From assembly GCA_947462835.1 (NCBI GenBank), contig CANHQM010000006.1, positions 52,115 to 116,114 of the forward strand: a stretch of DNA of 64,000 nt, written 5' to 3'. The DNA comes from Akkermansiaceae bacterium (lineage in GTDB: Bacteria > Verrucomicrobiota > Verrucomicrobiia > Verrucomicrobiales > Akkermansiaceae). Of the stretch, positions 1 through 9,827 are shown one piece after another. Below the pieces are notes generated by a model. The model saw nothing but the letters and a program-made list of their open reading frames with translations, did not search any database and was not told the DNA's origin. The translations under genes and the position numbers were made by a program. Every line of letters starts with the position of its first letter. The stretch's first letter is position 1.

Positions 1-1
1 C

Positions 2-565
2 TTCGGCATGGCCCCCGCCATGCTGCTCTCTCGCGCGGTGCTCTTCCCGCTCGGCAATGCCGGATGGGCGATCGCGCTGATCTATCTCGTTTGCGGCGCG
101 ATGCGTCTGGCAAAATTCAACTGCCTCGCCGCAATGCCGAAAAAACCCGGCGACTCGAACGACTTTCGCGGACTCCCGATACCAATGGCCGCCGGTTTCA
201 TCGCATCGCTCACCTTCCTGCTCATTGACCTCTATCAAAACGACCACGAGCTCAAGATGTGGAAGTATGTGCTCGCCGGCGCCATGCTCGGGCTCTCGCT
301 TTTGATGATCAGCGACATCCGCTACCCAAGCTTCAAGAAAGTCGATTGGAAAACCCGCGGCACCCTCGGTGCAATCGTCATCGCGGTGCTCGTCATTTTC
401 TTCACCGTGCAATTCCGCTATGTGATGCCGGTCGTGCTGTTCAGCCTCTACCTGATCTACGGCATGGTACGCCCCTTCATCTCGCAAAAGATGAGACGCG
501 AAATCGAAGTCGAGGCCGATGCCGCTGACGATACAGAGCCCCCCAACGAGCCACGCGATCCATGA
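2..565 (+). CDS. pssA: CDP-alcohol phosphatidyltransferase family protein, phosphatidylserine synthase-like; 3' portion only, gene runs off the left edge
   Basis: The frame is open to position 2. The hydrophobic multi-pass C-terminal half has MRLAKFNCLAA and FRGLPIPMAAG segments typical of PssA-type enzymes. The N-terminal CDP-alcohol motif lies outside the window. Confidence 0.55.
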   Translation, partial: FGMAPAMLLSRAVLFPLGNAGWAIALIYLVCGAMRLAKFNCLAAMPKKPGDSNDFRGLPIPMAAGFIASLTFLLIDLYQNDHELKMWKYVLAGAMLGLSLLMISDIRYPSFKKVDWKTRGTLGAIVIAVLVIFFTVQFRYVMPVVLFSLYLIYGMVRPFISQKMRREIEVEADAADDTEPPNEPRDP

Positions 566-1476
566 GTCCCAAACCAAGCCGCCCAAAGTGGCTCACACTC
601 GTCCTTGTGCTGGCACCGCTGTGGCTGATCGTCTCCGCAGGCTTTGCCGTCCATCACCGCGTCACTTCCGAAGCCAGCGAAGAGCAACGCCCAAGAAACC
701 AATTCTCGCGTTCGATCTCCGCTAAAGAAATCGGCGACGACCTTCGGAAAATCACCACATGGATCGGTGAACGTCACCCATTAGGTGATGGCCCGGCAAA
801 AAATCTTACCCGCACCGCGGCATGGATCGAAGGCCTGCTCGGCCCATCAAACACCGGCTATGTGATCGAAAAAAAACAAGCCCCTCTCCAGTGGCCAATC
901 CTGATGGCAAAACTCCTCGGCAAGGATCCTAACAAGTCCGCTGTTTGGGTCATCACAACTTACGACAGCAAGGCCGGATCCAACGGCATCGAGGTCAATG
1001 CCACCGGGCTTGTCGCAAGCATCGCCGCCGCCCGTGCGCTCGCCGGCAGCGAAGTGAGCGCCGACATTCACTTTGTATTCCTCCCACATTTCAATGACCC
1101 CGAATCCCCGCGCATGGAAACTGCCGCGTTGCTGAAAAATCTGATCGCAGAAAACCCGCTACCAAAAGCAGTTCTCTGCGTCGAAGCAATGGGGGCTCAA
1201 GCCGCGCTTCAGGCAACTTCACGCGATGCCACGCTGCTTGCCAATTTGCCCCTGCACGACCTCGCCACCGCCGTTGAACCAGATCCCGCCTGCCTCGGTG
1301 ACGACAAGGACATCGCCAGCGTGCTTTTCGAAATGGGACTGCCCGCCGCACGCATCGCCAGCCGCCCTCCCCTCGCCAGCGATGACCCCGATGACCGGAT
1401 GCCGTCCGAGGCAACGATCGCTCAATCCGCCATCCATCTAACGGAATTGATCAAACGCTGCGTCAATTCACGCTAA
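562..1476 (+). CDS. membrane-anchored M28 peptidase-like protein, probably catalytically degenerate
   Basis: ATGA start/stop overlap with the upstream gene (562-565). N-terminal TM segment WLTLVLVLAPLWLIVSAGFAV. The segment VWVITTYDSKAGSNGIEVNATGLVASIAAARAL resembles the M28 block xHxDS..GAxDNxSG, but the His and Asp metal ligands appear replaced. Confidence 0.45.
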   Translation: MSPKPSRPKWLTLVLVLAPLWLIVSAGFAVHHRVTSEASEEQRPRNQFSRSISAKEIGDDLRKITTWIGERHPLGDGPAKNLTRTAAWIEGLLGPSNTGYVIEKKQAPLQWPILMAKLLGKDPNKSAVWVITTYDSKAGSNGIEVNATGLVASIAAARALAGSEVSADIHFVFLPHFNDPESPRMETAALLKNLIAENPLPKAVLCVEAMGAQAALQATSRDATLLANLPLHDLATAVEPDPACLGDDKDIASVLFEMGLPAARIASRPPLASDDPDDRMPSEATIAQSAIHLTELIKRCVNSR

Positions 1477-1528
1477 TTTCCATTTGAGATTTCCCGCGTC
1501 TGACGGAAACTCTTCCCCCAAGCCCCCC

Positions 1529-2722
1529 ATGACTCATCACGATCTTGAGCCATTATTCGTCTCCCACGCCCCGGGCTATTGGCCCCAAGAAGCGATAGCC
1601 GATTGGAATGACGCGAAGTGGCAGCTGCGCAATCGCGTGGACTCGCTCACCGAACTCGAGAGTCATCTCAATCTCACTCAGGAAGAGCGCGCCGGTGTTC
1701 TGCTCGCGGGAAACAAACTCGCGATGTCGATCACCCCGCACTTTTTCAACCTCATCGACCGCGACAATCCCGATTGCCCGATCCGCCGTCAGGTGATCCC
1801 GCGCATCGAAGAAGGTTGGAACGCCCCCGAGGAATTGTCCGACCCCTGTGGAGAAGATTCGCACATGCCGGTGCCGGGCCTAGTGCATCGCTATCCCGAC
1901 CGCGTGCTGTTTCTCGTGACCGATCGTTGCGCTTCCTACTGCCGCTACTGCACCCGCTCGCGCGTGGTTTCCGGCGTTGGCGAGCAGCAACTGGAAACGC
2001 AGTGGGAGCCTGCATTCAAATACCTTCAGGAACATACCGAGATTCGCGATGTGCTTCTTTCCGGCGGTGATCCCCTCCTGTTTTCCGACGATCGACTCGA
2101 CAAGTTGCTCACCCGACTGCGCTCGATCCCCCACCTGCAATTTCTCCGTATCGGCTCGCGGATCCCGATCTTCCTCCCGCAGCGCATCACACCGGCACTT
2201 TGCGAGATGCTCAAAAAACATCATCCGCTTTTCATCTCGGTCCACACCAACCACCCGCGCGAACTCACCTCGGAAGTCCGCGACGCACTCGGCCGCCTCG
2301 CCGACGCCGGCATTCCGCTCGGCAACCAAAGCGTGCTCTTGCGCGGCGTGAATGATTCGGTGGAAGTGCAAAAAGCCCTAGTGCACAAGCTGCTGATGTG
2401 CCGGGTGCGCCCTTACTACCTCTATCAGTGCGACCTGATCAACGGATCCTCACACCTGCGCACTCCGGTAGCCGATGGCGTCGCAATCATCGAAGGCCTA
2501 CGCGGCCACACGACCGGCTACGCGGTACCGCAATTCGTCATCGATGGACCCGGTGGCGGCGGAAAAATCCCGATCAACCCAAACTACCTGATCGACCACT
2601 CGCCCGGACGCGTCTCGCTGCGCAACTACGAAGGCGAAACCTTCGAGTATCCGGACCCCAGCCAAATCTCGCAGTCGTCGCTCGCGCAACTTCACGAACT
2701 CGCGCTCAATCGCTGTCCGTGA
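1529..2722 (+). CDS. kamA: lysine 2,3-aminomutase family radical SAM protein (KamA-like, long form)
   Basis: Radical SAM motif CASYCRYCTRSR (CxxxCxxC), followed by KamA-family blocks LLSGGDPL, RIGSR.P, HTNHPRE and LLRGVND. The ATG at 1529 is preferred over the TTG at 1484. Confidence 0.8.
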   Translation: MTHHDLEPLFVSHAPGYWPQEAIADWNDAKWQLRNRVDSLTELESHLNLTQEERAGVLLAGNKLAMSITPHFFNLIDRDNPDCPIRRQVIPRIEEGWNAPEELSDPCGEDSHMPVPGLVHRYPDRVLFLVTDRCASYCRYCTRSRVVSGVGEQQLETQWEPAFKYLQEHTEIRDVLLSGGDPLLFSDDRLDKLLTRLRSIPHLQFLRIGSRIPIFLPQRITPALCEMLKKHHPLFISVHTNHPRELTSEVRDALGRLADAGIPLGNQSVLLRGVNDSVEVQKALVHKLLMCRVRPYYLYQCDLINGSSHLRTPVADGVAIIEGLRGHTTGYAVPQFVIDGPGGGGKIPINPNYLIDHSPGRVSLRNYEGETFEYPDPSQISQSSLAQLHELALNRCP

Positions 2723-2735
2723 TTTTTTCGCCCGC

Positions 2736-4661
2736 TCACAGCGGCAGATCGTAACTCCGGCCACCGAGGCCTTCGTACCAACGCACATACGCGCGGTTGA
2801 CCATGCCATATCCGCCAGGCGTCGGATAATCGCCGGTGAAATACCAGTCGCCGCACTCGCCTTGGATCGAGTCGTGCAGATTCTGAATGGTCTGGAAAAT
2901 CACCTGAAGCTCGCCGTTCCAATCAATGTCTTCCGGATAGACCATGCGGCTGATTTCATCCGAGATTTGCGAGTCGCTGAAGGCCTCGTACACGGGCTTC
3001 ACTCGGTTGACCTGCTGAGCGACAGGTTTCTTCAGCTCTTCGAGACAGTCGCGGTAAATGCGATCGAGCAAGGACTGACGCCCGGCCCGACGATGCAGCG
3101 CAACGGCCGCTTGGAAAGCGATGAACTTGCCAAGTTCGGACATGTCGATGCCGTAACAATCGGGATAGCGAATCTGCGGCGCGGTCGAGCATACGACAAT
3201 CTTCGCCGGTTTGGTGCGGGCGAGAATCTTGAGAATCGATTTTTTGAGGGTCGTACCCCGTACCACCGAGTCGTCGAGCGCGACAAGATAGTCGCCGGGA
3301 TTCACGATGCCATAGGTGATGTCGTAAACATGCGAGACCAGCGTGTCCCGGCCCTTTTCTTGCGAAATGAATGTCCGCAGCTTGATGTCCTTGTGCGCGA
3401 TTTTTTCGCCGCGCGGCCAGTTGCGCAAAATCAGCTCATCTACCACATCCGGCGATAGCGTGCCTTCGGCAGCGGCCTTGAGAATCTCTTCGCGCACCTG
3501 CTTGCGGCGATGCAGTCGCAAGCCATCCATGAGACCGTAATAAGCAGTCTCGGCAGTGTTCGGAATGAAGGAAAACACGGTCTTTTCATACTGACCGCCT
3601 ATCGCATCGATGACCTGCGGCACGAGCGCCGCACCCATCGCCTTTCGCTCGCGGTAAATGAGCGGATCATTGCCCCGGGAAAAATAAATTTTCTCAAACG
3701 AGCAAGGCGTGAAGCGCTGGGGCGGCATCATCGCCGTATCGGAAAAGCTGCCATCGGACTTGATGGTGATGATCGAACCGGGATCCACCGCTTTGACCTG
3801 ATCGGCCTCAGCTTCAAATACGGTCATGAGCGGCACACGCTCGGACGAGAATGCGATGACCTCATCGGTCACCAGCATGTGGCATGGCCGGATGCCACCG
3901 GGATCGCGCATCACGAACATGTCACCATTACCAATCACCCCGCAAATCGCATAGCCACCATCCCACGCACAAGCAGCCTCCGCCACCAGTCGCGGCACAT
4001 CGAGCGCCGCAGAAATCCGATCAGGCATGTCCTCTCCGGCAACGCCGGCATCGCGCAACTCGCGGTAAAGGTCGGTGTGAGCCTCGTCGAGATGATAGCC
4101 GATTTCCTCCAAAACCGTCTGCGTGTCGGTGCCGAAAATCGGATGCTGACCGCGATCGATGAGCACCTGGTTCAGCTCCGAGGCATTGGTCATGTTGAAG
4201 TTGCCCATCACCATCAGCGTCCGCGTCGGCCAGTTGCTGCGACGCAGATAGGGATGACAGGAACCTTCATCAAACTCGCCGGAGGTACCGTAACGCAAAT
4301 GGCCGACGAGAATCTCACCGCCGAAATCGAAGCGTTTCTTGACGCTCTTGGGGTCGGCCGGATCGAGCTGATTCTTGCGAGCGAGTTTGTGGAACTGCTT
4401 GATCTCCTTGCGGAAAATTTCTGCCAGCGCGTCTTTCTCGATGCCACGCCTGCGGAACGAGTAGGCCTCACCCTTTGGCATGTCGAGCTTCACGCAACCG
4501 ATGCCCGTGCCGTCCTGACCACGGTTGTGTTGTTTTTCCATCAGAAGAAACAACTTGTTGAGGCCCCACAGCGTGGTGCCGTAGCGGTCGTGATAATAGG
4601 CAAGCGGTTTGCGAAGTCGCACCGCCGCGATCCCGCATTCGTGTTTGAGGAAATCGCTCAT
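2736..4661 (-). CDS. purF: amidophosphoribosyltransferase (long class II glutamine amidotransferase type)
   Basis: N-terminal HECGIAAV Ntn-Cys motif, a GATase-2 domain, and a C-terminal PRTase block LVALDDSVVRGTT. Lies directly downstream of purM on the same strand. Confidence 0.85.
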   Translation of the reverse strand: MSDFLKHECGIAAVRLRKPLAYYHDRYGTTLWGLNKLFLLMEKQHNRGQDGTGIGCVKLDMPKGEAYSFRRRGIEKDALAEIFRKEIKQFHKLARKNQLDPADPKSVKKRFDFGGEILVGHLRYGTSGEFDEGSCHPYLRRSNWPTRTLMVMGNFNMTNASELNQVLIDRGQHPIFGTDTQTVLEEIGYHLDEAHTDLYRELRDAGVAGEDMPDRISAALDVPRLVAEAACAWDGGYAICGVIGNGDMFVMRDPGGIRPCHMLVTDEVIAFSSERVPLMTVFEAEADQVKAVDPGSIITIKSDGSFSDTAMMPPQRFTPCSFEKIYFSRGNDPLIYRERKAMGAALVPQVIDAIGGQYEKTVFSFIPNTAETAYYGLMDGLRLHRRKQVREEILKAAAEGTLSPDVVDELILRNWPRGEKIAHKDIKLRTFISQEKGRDTLVSHVYDITYGIVNPGDYLVALDDSVVRGTTLKKSILKILARTKPAKIVVCSTAPQIRYPDCYGIDMSELGKFIAFQAAVALHRRAGRQSLLDRIYRDCLEELKKPVAQQVNRVKPVYEAFSDSQISDEISRMVYPEDIDWNGELQVIFQTIQNLHDSIQGECGDWYFTGDYPTPGGYGMVNRAYVRWYEGLGGRSYDLPL

Positions 4662-4680
4662 GATTGTGTGTCTGCGATGA

Positions 4681-5676
4681 TCATTCGCCTTTCACGCGTA
4701 CCCGCACTCCTTCCTCAGGAACCATGCGGCCGATCAAAACACCACCTGGTCCGGCAGCGAGCGCGGCATCGACATCCGATTCCGCAACGATCGCCACCCA
4801 GCCAATGCCCATGTTGAAGGTGTGGAAACGGTCCTCGGCATCGACATGACGGTAAAGTTTTTCGATGCCCGGCAGATTCCATTTCGGGATCTCTAGGTCC
4901 GCGCCCATACCACGGAACAAACGCTCGAGGTTTTCGGGAAGCCCGCCACCGGTGATGTGCGCCATCGCCTTCGGCCTCACGCCGCCGTTTTTGAGACCTG
5001 CCACGACATCGTGATACAACCTCGTCGGCTGCAGCCATGCATGCAGTTCGTCTTCGGAAACTTCGCCCGGAAATTCTTTGAGCACCCGGCGCACCAAGGA
5101 CCAGCCATTGGCGTGAATGCTATCGGAGGCATATCCGACAAGGCAGTCGCCCACCGCAACCGTGGTCGGGTCGATCAAATCCGGCTTCTCGGCGCAACCG
5201 ATGCAGAACCCGGAAAGCTCAATCACATCCTCAGGCACGATCCCCGGCATTTCCGCAGTCTCACCACCGGCGAGAATGCAGCCGCAAGCCTCAAGGTAAT
5301 CGCACATGCCGGTGATGAGGCGATTGATCTTTGCCTCGTCCAATGCCGCGATGCCGATGTAGTCGAGAAACAAAAGCGGATCACCACCGGTCGTGAGGAT
5401 GTCGTTCACACTCATCGCCACAAGATCCTTGCCGGCGATTTCGAGGAGATCATTTTCCAAAAGCAATTCCAGCTTGGTGCCTACACCATCGCAGCCGGTC
5501 ACCATCACCGGCTCCTTGTAGTCACTCAAATCGTAACAGGCGGCAAACAATCCGAATGCCCCCCACAATTTGCGCGCTTGCTGTGTTCTGGCCACTTGCG
5601 ATCGGATGTCGCCCACTAGCGCCGCCGCCCTTCGCGTATCAACGCCCGATTGCCGATAAGTCAGTTTATCCACCAT
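4681..5676 (-). CDS. purM: phosphoribosylformylglycinamidine cyclo-ligase (AIR synthetase)
   Basis: YRQSGVD start, DGVGTK motif and AIRS N- and C-terminal domain pattern over 331 aa. Confidence 0.9.
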   Translation of the reverse strand: MVDKLTYRQSGVDTRRAAALVGDIRSQVARTQQARKLWGAFGLFAACYDLSDYKEPVMVTGCDGVGTKLELLLENDLLEIAGKDLVAMSVNDILTTGGDPLLFLDYIGIAALDEAKINRLITGMCDYLEACGCILAGGETAEMPGIVPEDVIELSGFCIGCAEKPDLIDPTTVAVGDCLVGYASDSIHANGWSLVRRVLKEFPGEVSEDELHAWLQPTRLYHDVVAGLKNGGVRPKAMAHITGGGLPENLERLFRGMGADLEIPKWNLPGIEKLYRHVDAEDRFHTFNMGIGWVAIVAESDVDAALAAGPGGVLIGRMVPEEGVRVRVKGE

Positions 5677-5797
5677 GTTGCAACACGCGCGTTCTACCCG
5701 CCCGGCCTACCCATCACAAAGAAAAAGTTCTCCGCAGGTGAAATTCCCCTCGAATCCCGGGCCATGCACTCGTCAAATGTGCATGGTTGATCCTCCC

Positions 5798-6565
5798 ATG
5801 ATGCAATTCCACCCGAAATCCCGCCCTCGAGCGCCAATTTTTTTCATGGTCATCGCCATCGCCATGTCGCTGGCCGGGTACCATGCCTCGGCCTTCGACC
5901 TGCCAGCAAATTCCACCCAATGCCTGCTGGGGCTCGCCGACTCGTGGGACTCGTCCCATGCAACACTCCAGCTATTTCAAAAATCCGGCAATCAATGGCA
6001 GCCCCAAGGCGAAGCATGGAAAGCCCGCCTTGGAAAAAATGGACTGATCTGGGGCCGCGGACTCCACCCCTTGCCAAAGAATGCGTCGATCAAAAAAGAA
6101 GGCGACATGCGCTCGCCCGCCGGTGTCTTCAGCATCGGCGGCGCATGGGGCTACGAGCCATCAATCCGCAAACATCCCCTACTGCCTTATCGCAAGGTGA
6201 CGCCCTGCGACCTATGGGTCGAAGACCCCTCATCCACACGCTACAACCAGCACCTTGTGCTCGATCGCCCGCCCTCATCGGCATGGGAGAAAAAACAACA
6301 AATGAAGCAAAGCGACCCCGCCCATGCGCTGAAGCTTTACATCGGCCACAATTCCCATCCCCACACGATACCCGGCGATGGATCTTCGATCTTTTTCCAC
6401 ATCTGGCGCGCGGGCGGCGCAAAACCGACCGCTGGATGCACGACCATGGACGAAACGAAACTTCGCCAACTCATCGCCCGCATCGATCCCTCGCGCAACC
6501 CGATCTATGTCCTCTTGCCCACATCCGAATACACAAAGATTCGCAAGGCATGGAAGCTGCCCTGA
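5798..6565 (+). CDS. secreted L,D-transpeptidase (YkuD) fold family protein
   Basis: Signal-like IFFMVIAIAMSLAGYHASA after Met42/43 of the ORF. C-terminal SIFFHIWRAGGAKPTAGCTTM matches the His...Cys catalytic block of YkuD/YafK-like enzymes. Start is uncertain (5798 or 5801). Confidence 0.6.
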   Translation: MMQFHPKSRPRAPIFFMVIAIAMSLAGYHASAFDLPANSTQCLLGLADSWDSSHATLQLFQKSGNQWQPQGEAWKARLGKNGLIWGRGLHPLPKNASIKKEGDMRSPAGVFSIGGAWGYEPSIRKHPLLPYRKVTPCDLWVEDPSSTRYNQHLVLDRPPSSAWEKKQQMKQSDPAHALKLYIGHNSHPHTIPGDGSSIFFHIWRAGGAKPTAGCTTMDETKLRQLIARIDPSRNPIYVLLPTSEYTKIRKAWKLP

Positions 6566-6625
6566 ACCTCAATCGACCCACTCCTTTTCCTTGCCCCATC
6601 GCATGGGAAACCCCACCCTCCGGGC

Positions 6626-8023
6626 GTGCCCGAGGAAATCGACAACCATACGCTCGATGAGCTGATGCGCGCGCTCGACGCCTCGGACGCATCCGCCGTG
6701 CTGGCGGCCGCCGAGGAGGCTCACTACGCCGACCTCGCCGCGGTCTACGAAAACCTCGATGACGAAAAACGCGACCTCTTGCTCAAGACGATCGGCCCGG
6801 AAATGGCCACCGATGTGATCGCCGAGCTGCCCTACCCGCTGATCGAAGAGGCGCTCAACCATTTCAAGCCCGCCCAGCTGCGTGTGCTACTCGGTAACCT
6901 TTCCGACGACGACCGCGTCGATGTTTTCCAAGTCGTGAGCGAGGACGCTCAGGTCCGCTTCTTCAGCCTGCTCGGCCCGCGCGACAAGGAACTCACCCGC
7001 AGTTTGCTGAAGTACGAGGAGGACACCGCCGGCGGACGCATGACCACCAGCATCGGCCGCATCACCGCCGACATGACGGTCAAGCAAGCGATCACCGTGC
7101 TGCGCCGCGACCGTGACGACGCGGAAACGCTCGCTCGCATCTTCGTCGTCGATGAACAAGGCCGCCTCGCCGGAAAGGTTCGCCTGCGCGATCTCGCATT
7201 CAGCACCTGGGACACCCCGGTGCACGACATCATGGAGCCAGCCGACGAGTTCGTGCTTGCTTCGGCCGACCAAGAAGAGGCCGCGCGGACGCTTTCGAAA
7301 TACGACTTGATCGTGCTGCCGGTGGTCGATGAATTCCACCACCTTCTCGGCGTGCTGACCTACGACGACGCGCTCGAAATTCTCCAAGAGGAATCCACCG
7401 AGGACATCGAAAAACTCGCCGCGATCGGTGGTGAACAATCGGAGGTTTCCTACCTCAACACCAGCGTCGGTCTCCACTTTCGCCGCCGCGTGAGCTGGCT
7501 CATCGGACTCGCGTTTGTCTCAATCATAACCGGCTATGTGATGTACCGCTTCAGCCACCTGCTCGAGCAGGCCTCGGTGCTTTCACTTTTCCTGCCGATG
7601 GTCGTCGCCGCAGGCGGAAATTCCGGTGGTCAGGCCGCCACCATGGTGATCCGCGCGATGGCACTTGGCGAAATCAACCCCGGCAATGCCCTGCGCATCG
7701 CATGGAAGGAAGCGCGCACCGGGCTCTTCCTCGGTCTCTCACTCGGTGTCGCCATCGCAGCATTCATCACGCTCATCCTTCCTCACCTGCAACCTCACAC
7801 CCAAGCGCATTTCGACTTCCCGCACCTCGCGCTTGCCGTGGCAGCCGCCATCACACTGCAAGTGCTCTCCGCCACCGTCCTCGGTGCCCTCCTGCCACTC
7901 GGTGCCCGCGCAATCAAACTCGACCCGGCCGTCGTTTCATCACCGTCACTGGCCTCGACCGTCGATATCTCCGGCATGCTGATCTACTTCGTGACCGCCG
8001 CCGCCATTCTCGGGCTTCGCTAA
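6626..8023 (+). CDS. mgtE: magnesium transporter MgtE
   Basis: MgtE N-domain, tandem CBS region and a C-terminal five-TM domain with PMVVAAGGNSGGQAAT and STVDISGMLIYF blocks. GTG start. Confidence 0.88.
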   Translation: MPEEIDNHTLDELMRALDASDASAVLAAAEEAHYADLAAVYENLDDEKRDLLLKTIGPEMATDVIAELPYPLIEEALNHFKPAQLRVLLGNLSDDDRVDVFQVVSEDAQVRFFSLLGPRDKELTRSLLKYEEDTAGGRMTTSIGRITADMTVKQAITVLRRDRDDAETLARIFVVDEQGRLAGKVRLRDLAFSTWDTPVHDIMEPADEFVLASADQEEAARTLSKYDLIVLPVVDEFHHLLGVLTYDDALEILQEESTEDIEKLAAIGGEQSEVSYLNTSVGLHFRRRVSWLIGLAFVSIITGYVMYRFSHLLEQASVLSLFLPMVVAAGGNSGGQAATMVIRAMALGEINPGNALRIAWKEARTGLFLGLSLGVAIAAFITLILPHLQPHTQAHFDFPHLALAVAAAITLQVLSATVLGALLPLGARAIKLDPAVVSSPSLASTVDISGMLIYFVTAAAILGLR

Positions 8024-9367
8024 GGCACGCCAGTAATCAAGCCGCTCCCTGATTCGCTTTTCCATGCCCTGGTCACCAGCCTCGTAATAAACGCGGCCCT
8101 CCGGCAAATACGACTGCGGCACATAAGCGCCCTCGAAATCGTGGGAGTAAAAATACTGCAGCTTGGACTCACTCTCACCCGAAGCCGCCGCAAGTTTCTT
8201 GCGCGTCGCCGTGCGCAAATGCGGCGGCACCGCCAGAGTCCGGCCTTGCTCGATGTCGGCCATCGCCTTGCCCAACGCCGCATAAGCGGTGTTCGATTTT
8301 GGCGCCGTCGCCAAATACACGGTGGCATGCGCCAGAGGAATCCGCCCCTCGGGCATGCCGACAAATTCCAAAGCATGATGCGCATCCAAGGCGACCCGCA
8401 AGGCATTCGAATCCGCAAGCCCGATGTCCTCCGACGCGGCAATCACCAACCTCCGCGAAATGAATCTCGGGTCCTCACCGGCATGCAACATCTTGGCGAG
8501 CCAATAAAGCGCGGCATCAGGGTCCGAACCGCGAATCGATTTGATGAATGCCGAAGCAGTGTCGTAATGCGCATCGCCATCCGCATCGTAAACCACAGCC
8601 TTGCGCTGAATGGATTCTTCAGCAACCCCAAGCGTGATCCGAATCACGCCATCCTCATCCGCCGGCGTGGTCATCACCGCCAACTCAAGCGCAGTCAGCG
8701 CCTTGCGCGCATCGCCATCGGATTTCTCCGCAAGGTGATTCAAGGCTTCAGCACTCGCCTCGACCAATTTCCCACCAAAACCTCGATCCTCATCCGCCAG
8801 TGCCCGCTGCAACAATCGCACGACCTCATCCACCGGCACCGGCTCAAGTTGAAAAACCTGCGAGCGCGAAACCAACGGCGAATTGACATGGAAATACGGG
8901 TTGTGCGTCGTAGCGCCAATGAACCTCACCACCCCGCGCTCGATGTGCGGCAAGAGCACATCCTGCTGCGCTTTGTTGAAACGATGAATCTCATCAATGA
9001 ACAAAATCGTCGTCTCACCCCTCAACTCACGCCAGGTGCGGGCCTGATCAATCCTCGCGCGGATTTCAGCGACATTCGATTCAACGCCATTGAGTGACTC
9101 AAATCGGGAACCAGTCGTACGCGCGATCACACCGGCCAGCGATGTCTTTCCCGTGCCGGGCGGACCGTAAAAAATCAGCGAAGTGAAACGATCCGATTCG
9201 ATTGCGCGCCGCAGCAATTTCCCCTCGCCCAAAATGTGGCGCTGTCCTGCCACCTCATCCAAGGACCGCGGCCGCATGCGCGAAGCAAGCGGCTCTGGAG
9301 CATCACCCTTGCGGGTGGTCGCGGCGGGAGTGGAGAAAAGATCGGACACGGTCGACACCCCCAGCAT
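7946..9367 (-). CDS. rarA: replication-associated recombination protein A (AAA+ ATPase)
   Basis: Walker A FYGPPGTGKTS, Walker B ILFIDEIHRFNK, then the MgsA C-terminal region (DAALYWLAKML, ISRRL). The 3' end overlaps convergent mgtE by 78 nt. Confidence 0.88.
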   Translation of the reverse strand: MLGVSTVSDLFSTPAATTRKGDAPEPLASRMRPRSLDEVAGQRHILGEGKLLRRAIESDRFTSLIFYGPPGTGKTSLAGVIARTTGSRFESLNGVESNVAEIRARIDQARTWRELRGETTILFIDEIHRFNKAQQDVLLPHIERGVVRFIGATTHNPYFHVNSPLVSRSQVFQLEPVPVDEVVRLLQRALADEDRGFGGKLVEASAEALNHLAEKSDGDARKALTALELAVMTTPADEDGVIRITLGVAEESIQRKAVVYDADGDAHYDTASAFIKSIRGSDPDAALYWLAKMLHAGEDPRFISRRLVIAASEDIGLADSNALRVALDAHHALEFVGMPEGRIPLAHATVYLATAPKSNTAYAALGKAMADIEQGRTLAVPPHLRTATRKKLAAASGESESKLQYFYSHDFEGAYVPQSYLPEGRVYYEAGDQGMEKRIRERLDYWRALAKPENGGGGHEVDQHAGDIDGRGQ

Positions 9368-9413
9368 CCCACACGATCACGGCTTTGCCAGCCGATAAAA
9401 TCCGGCATCAACC

Positions 9414-9713
9414 TCAAGCCAGATCCGTCACCAGCACCTTGGCCCACCACTCGCGGTATTCCCCGATGAAAGCTTTGTGCGACGGATGCGTCTGATACTC
9501 ATTGTGATCCTCGAGCGAGGCAAACTGCATGCTCAACGCGTAGTCCCACGATTGATCGACCACCGGCCTGATCTCCACCTTGGCAGGCACGGCCCAGCGA
9601 CCACCCGCCACGAGATCCATTTCAAAAAGATCAGCCAGCGCCTTTTCGAATTCCGCGCGGTCCGCCGCATTTTGCCGCCCATCCTTGAGCCAAAAATAAA
9701 CATGATGCTCCAT
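9414..9713 (-). CDS. Dabb (stress-responsive A/B barrel) domain protein
   Basis: MEHHVYFWLK start and HNEYQTHPSHKAF block typical of the Dabb family. The longer ORF to 9797 is treated as a 5' over-extension. Confidence 0.7.
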   Translation of the reverse strand: MEHHVYFWLKDGRQNAADRAEFEKALADLFEMDLVAGGRWAVPAKVEIRPVVDQSWDYALSMQFASLEDHNEYQTHPSHKAFIGEYREWWAKVLVTDLA

Positions 9714-9827
9714 GCCGCGGGTGTATCGCCACGACCATGCACCCACAAGCCCCGATTCCTTCGGCAGCAGACAAAACCCAAATTTCCTTTGCCACAACTA
9801 CGGCTCGCCCTATCCTTGGGCACTCCC

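Noticed and set aside
1529-2722. KamA-like gene acting as EpmB for the EF-P at 27804
   Set aside because: The EF-P loop tip is Arg, not Lys. The aminomutase is the long KamA-type form, and no EpmA-like ligase is nearby, so a functional link cannot be claimed from this window.
3510-4817. 435-aa ORF on the plus strand opposite purF
   Set aside because: It lies entirely antisense to a well-supported purF. Its Arg/His/Ala-rich composition is typical of shadow ORFs in GC-rich DNA, and it has no recognisable domain.
6566-6625. Mg-sensing riboswitch (M-box) upstream of mgtE
   Set aside because: Only about 60 nt separate mgtE from the preceding gene, which is far too short for an M-box, and no conserved M-box elements are visible.
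8141-9097. 318-aa ORF antisense to rarA
   Set aside because: Shadow ORF. RarA on the other strand has complete Walker A and B motifs and the C-terminal domain.
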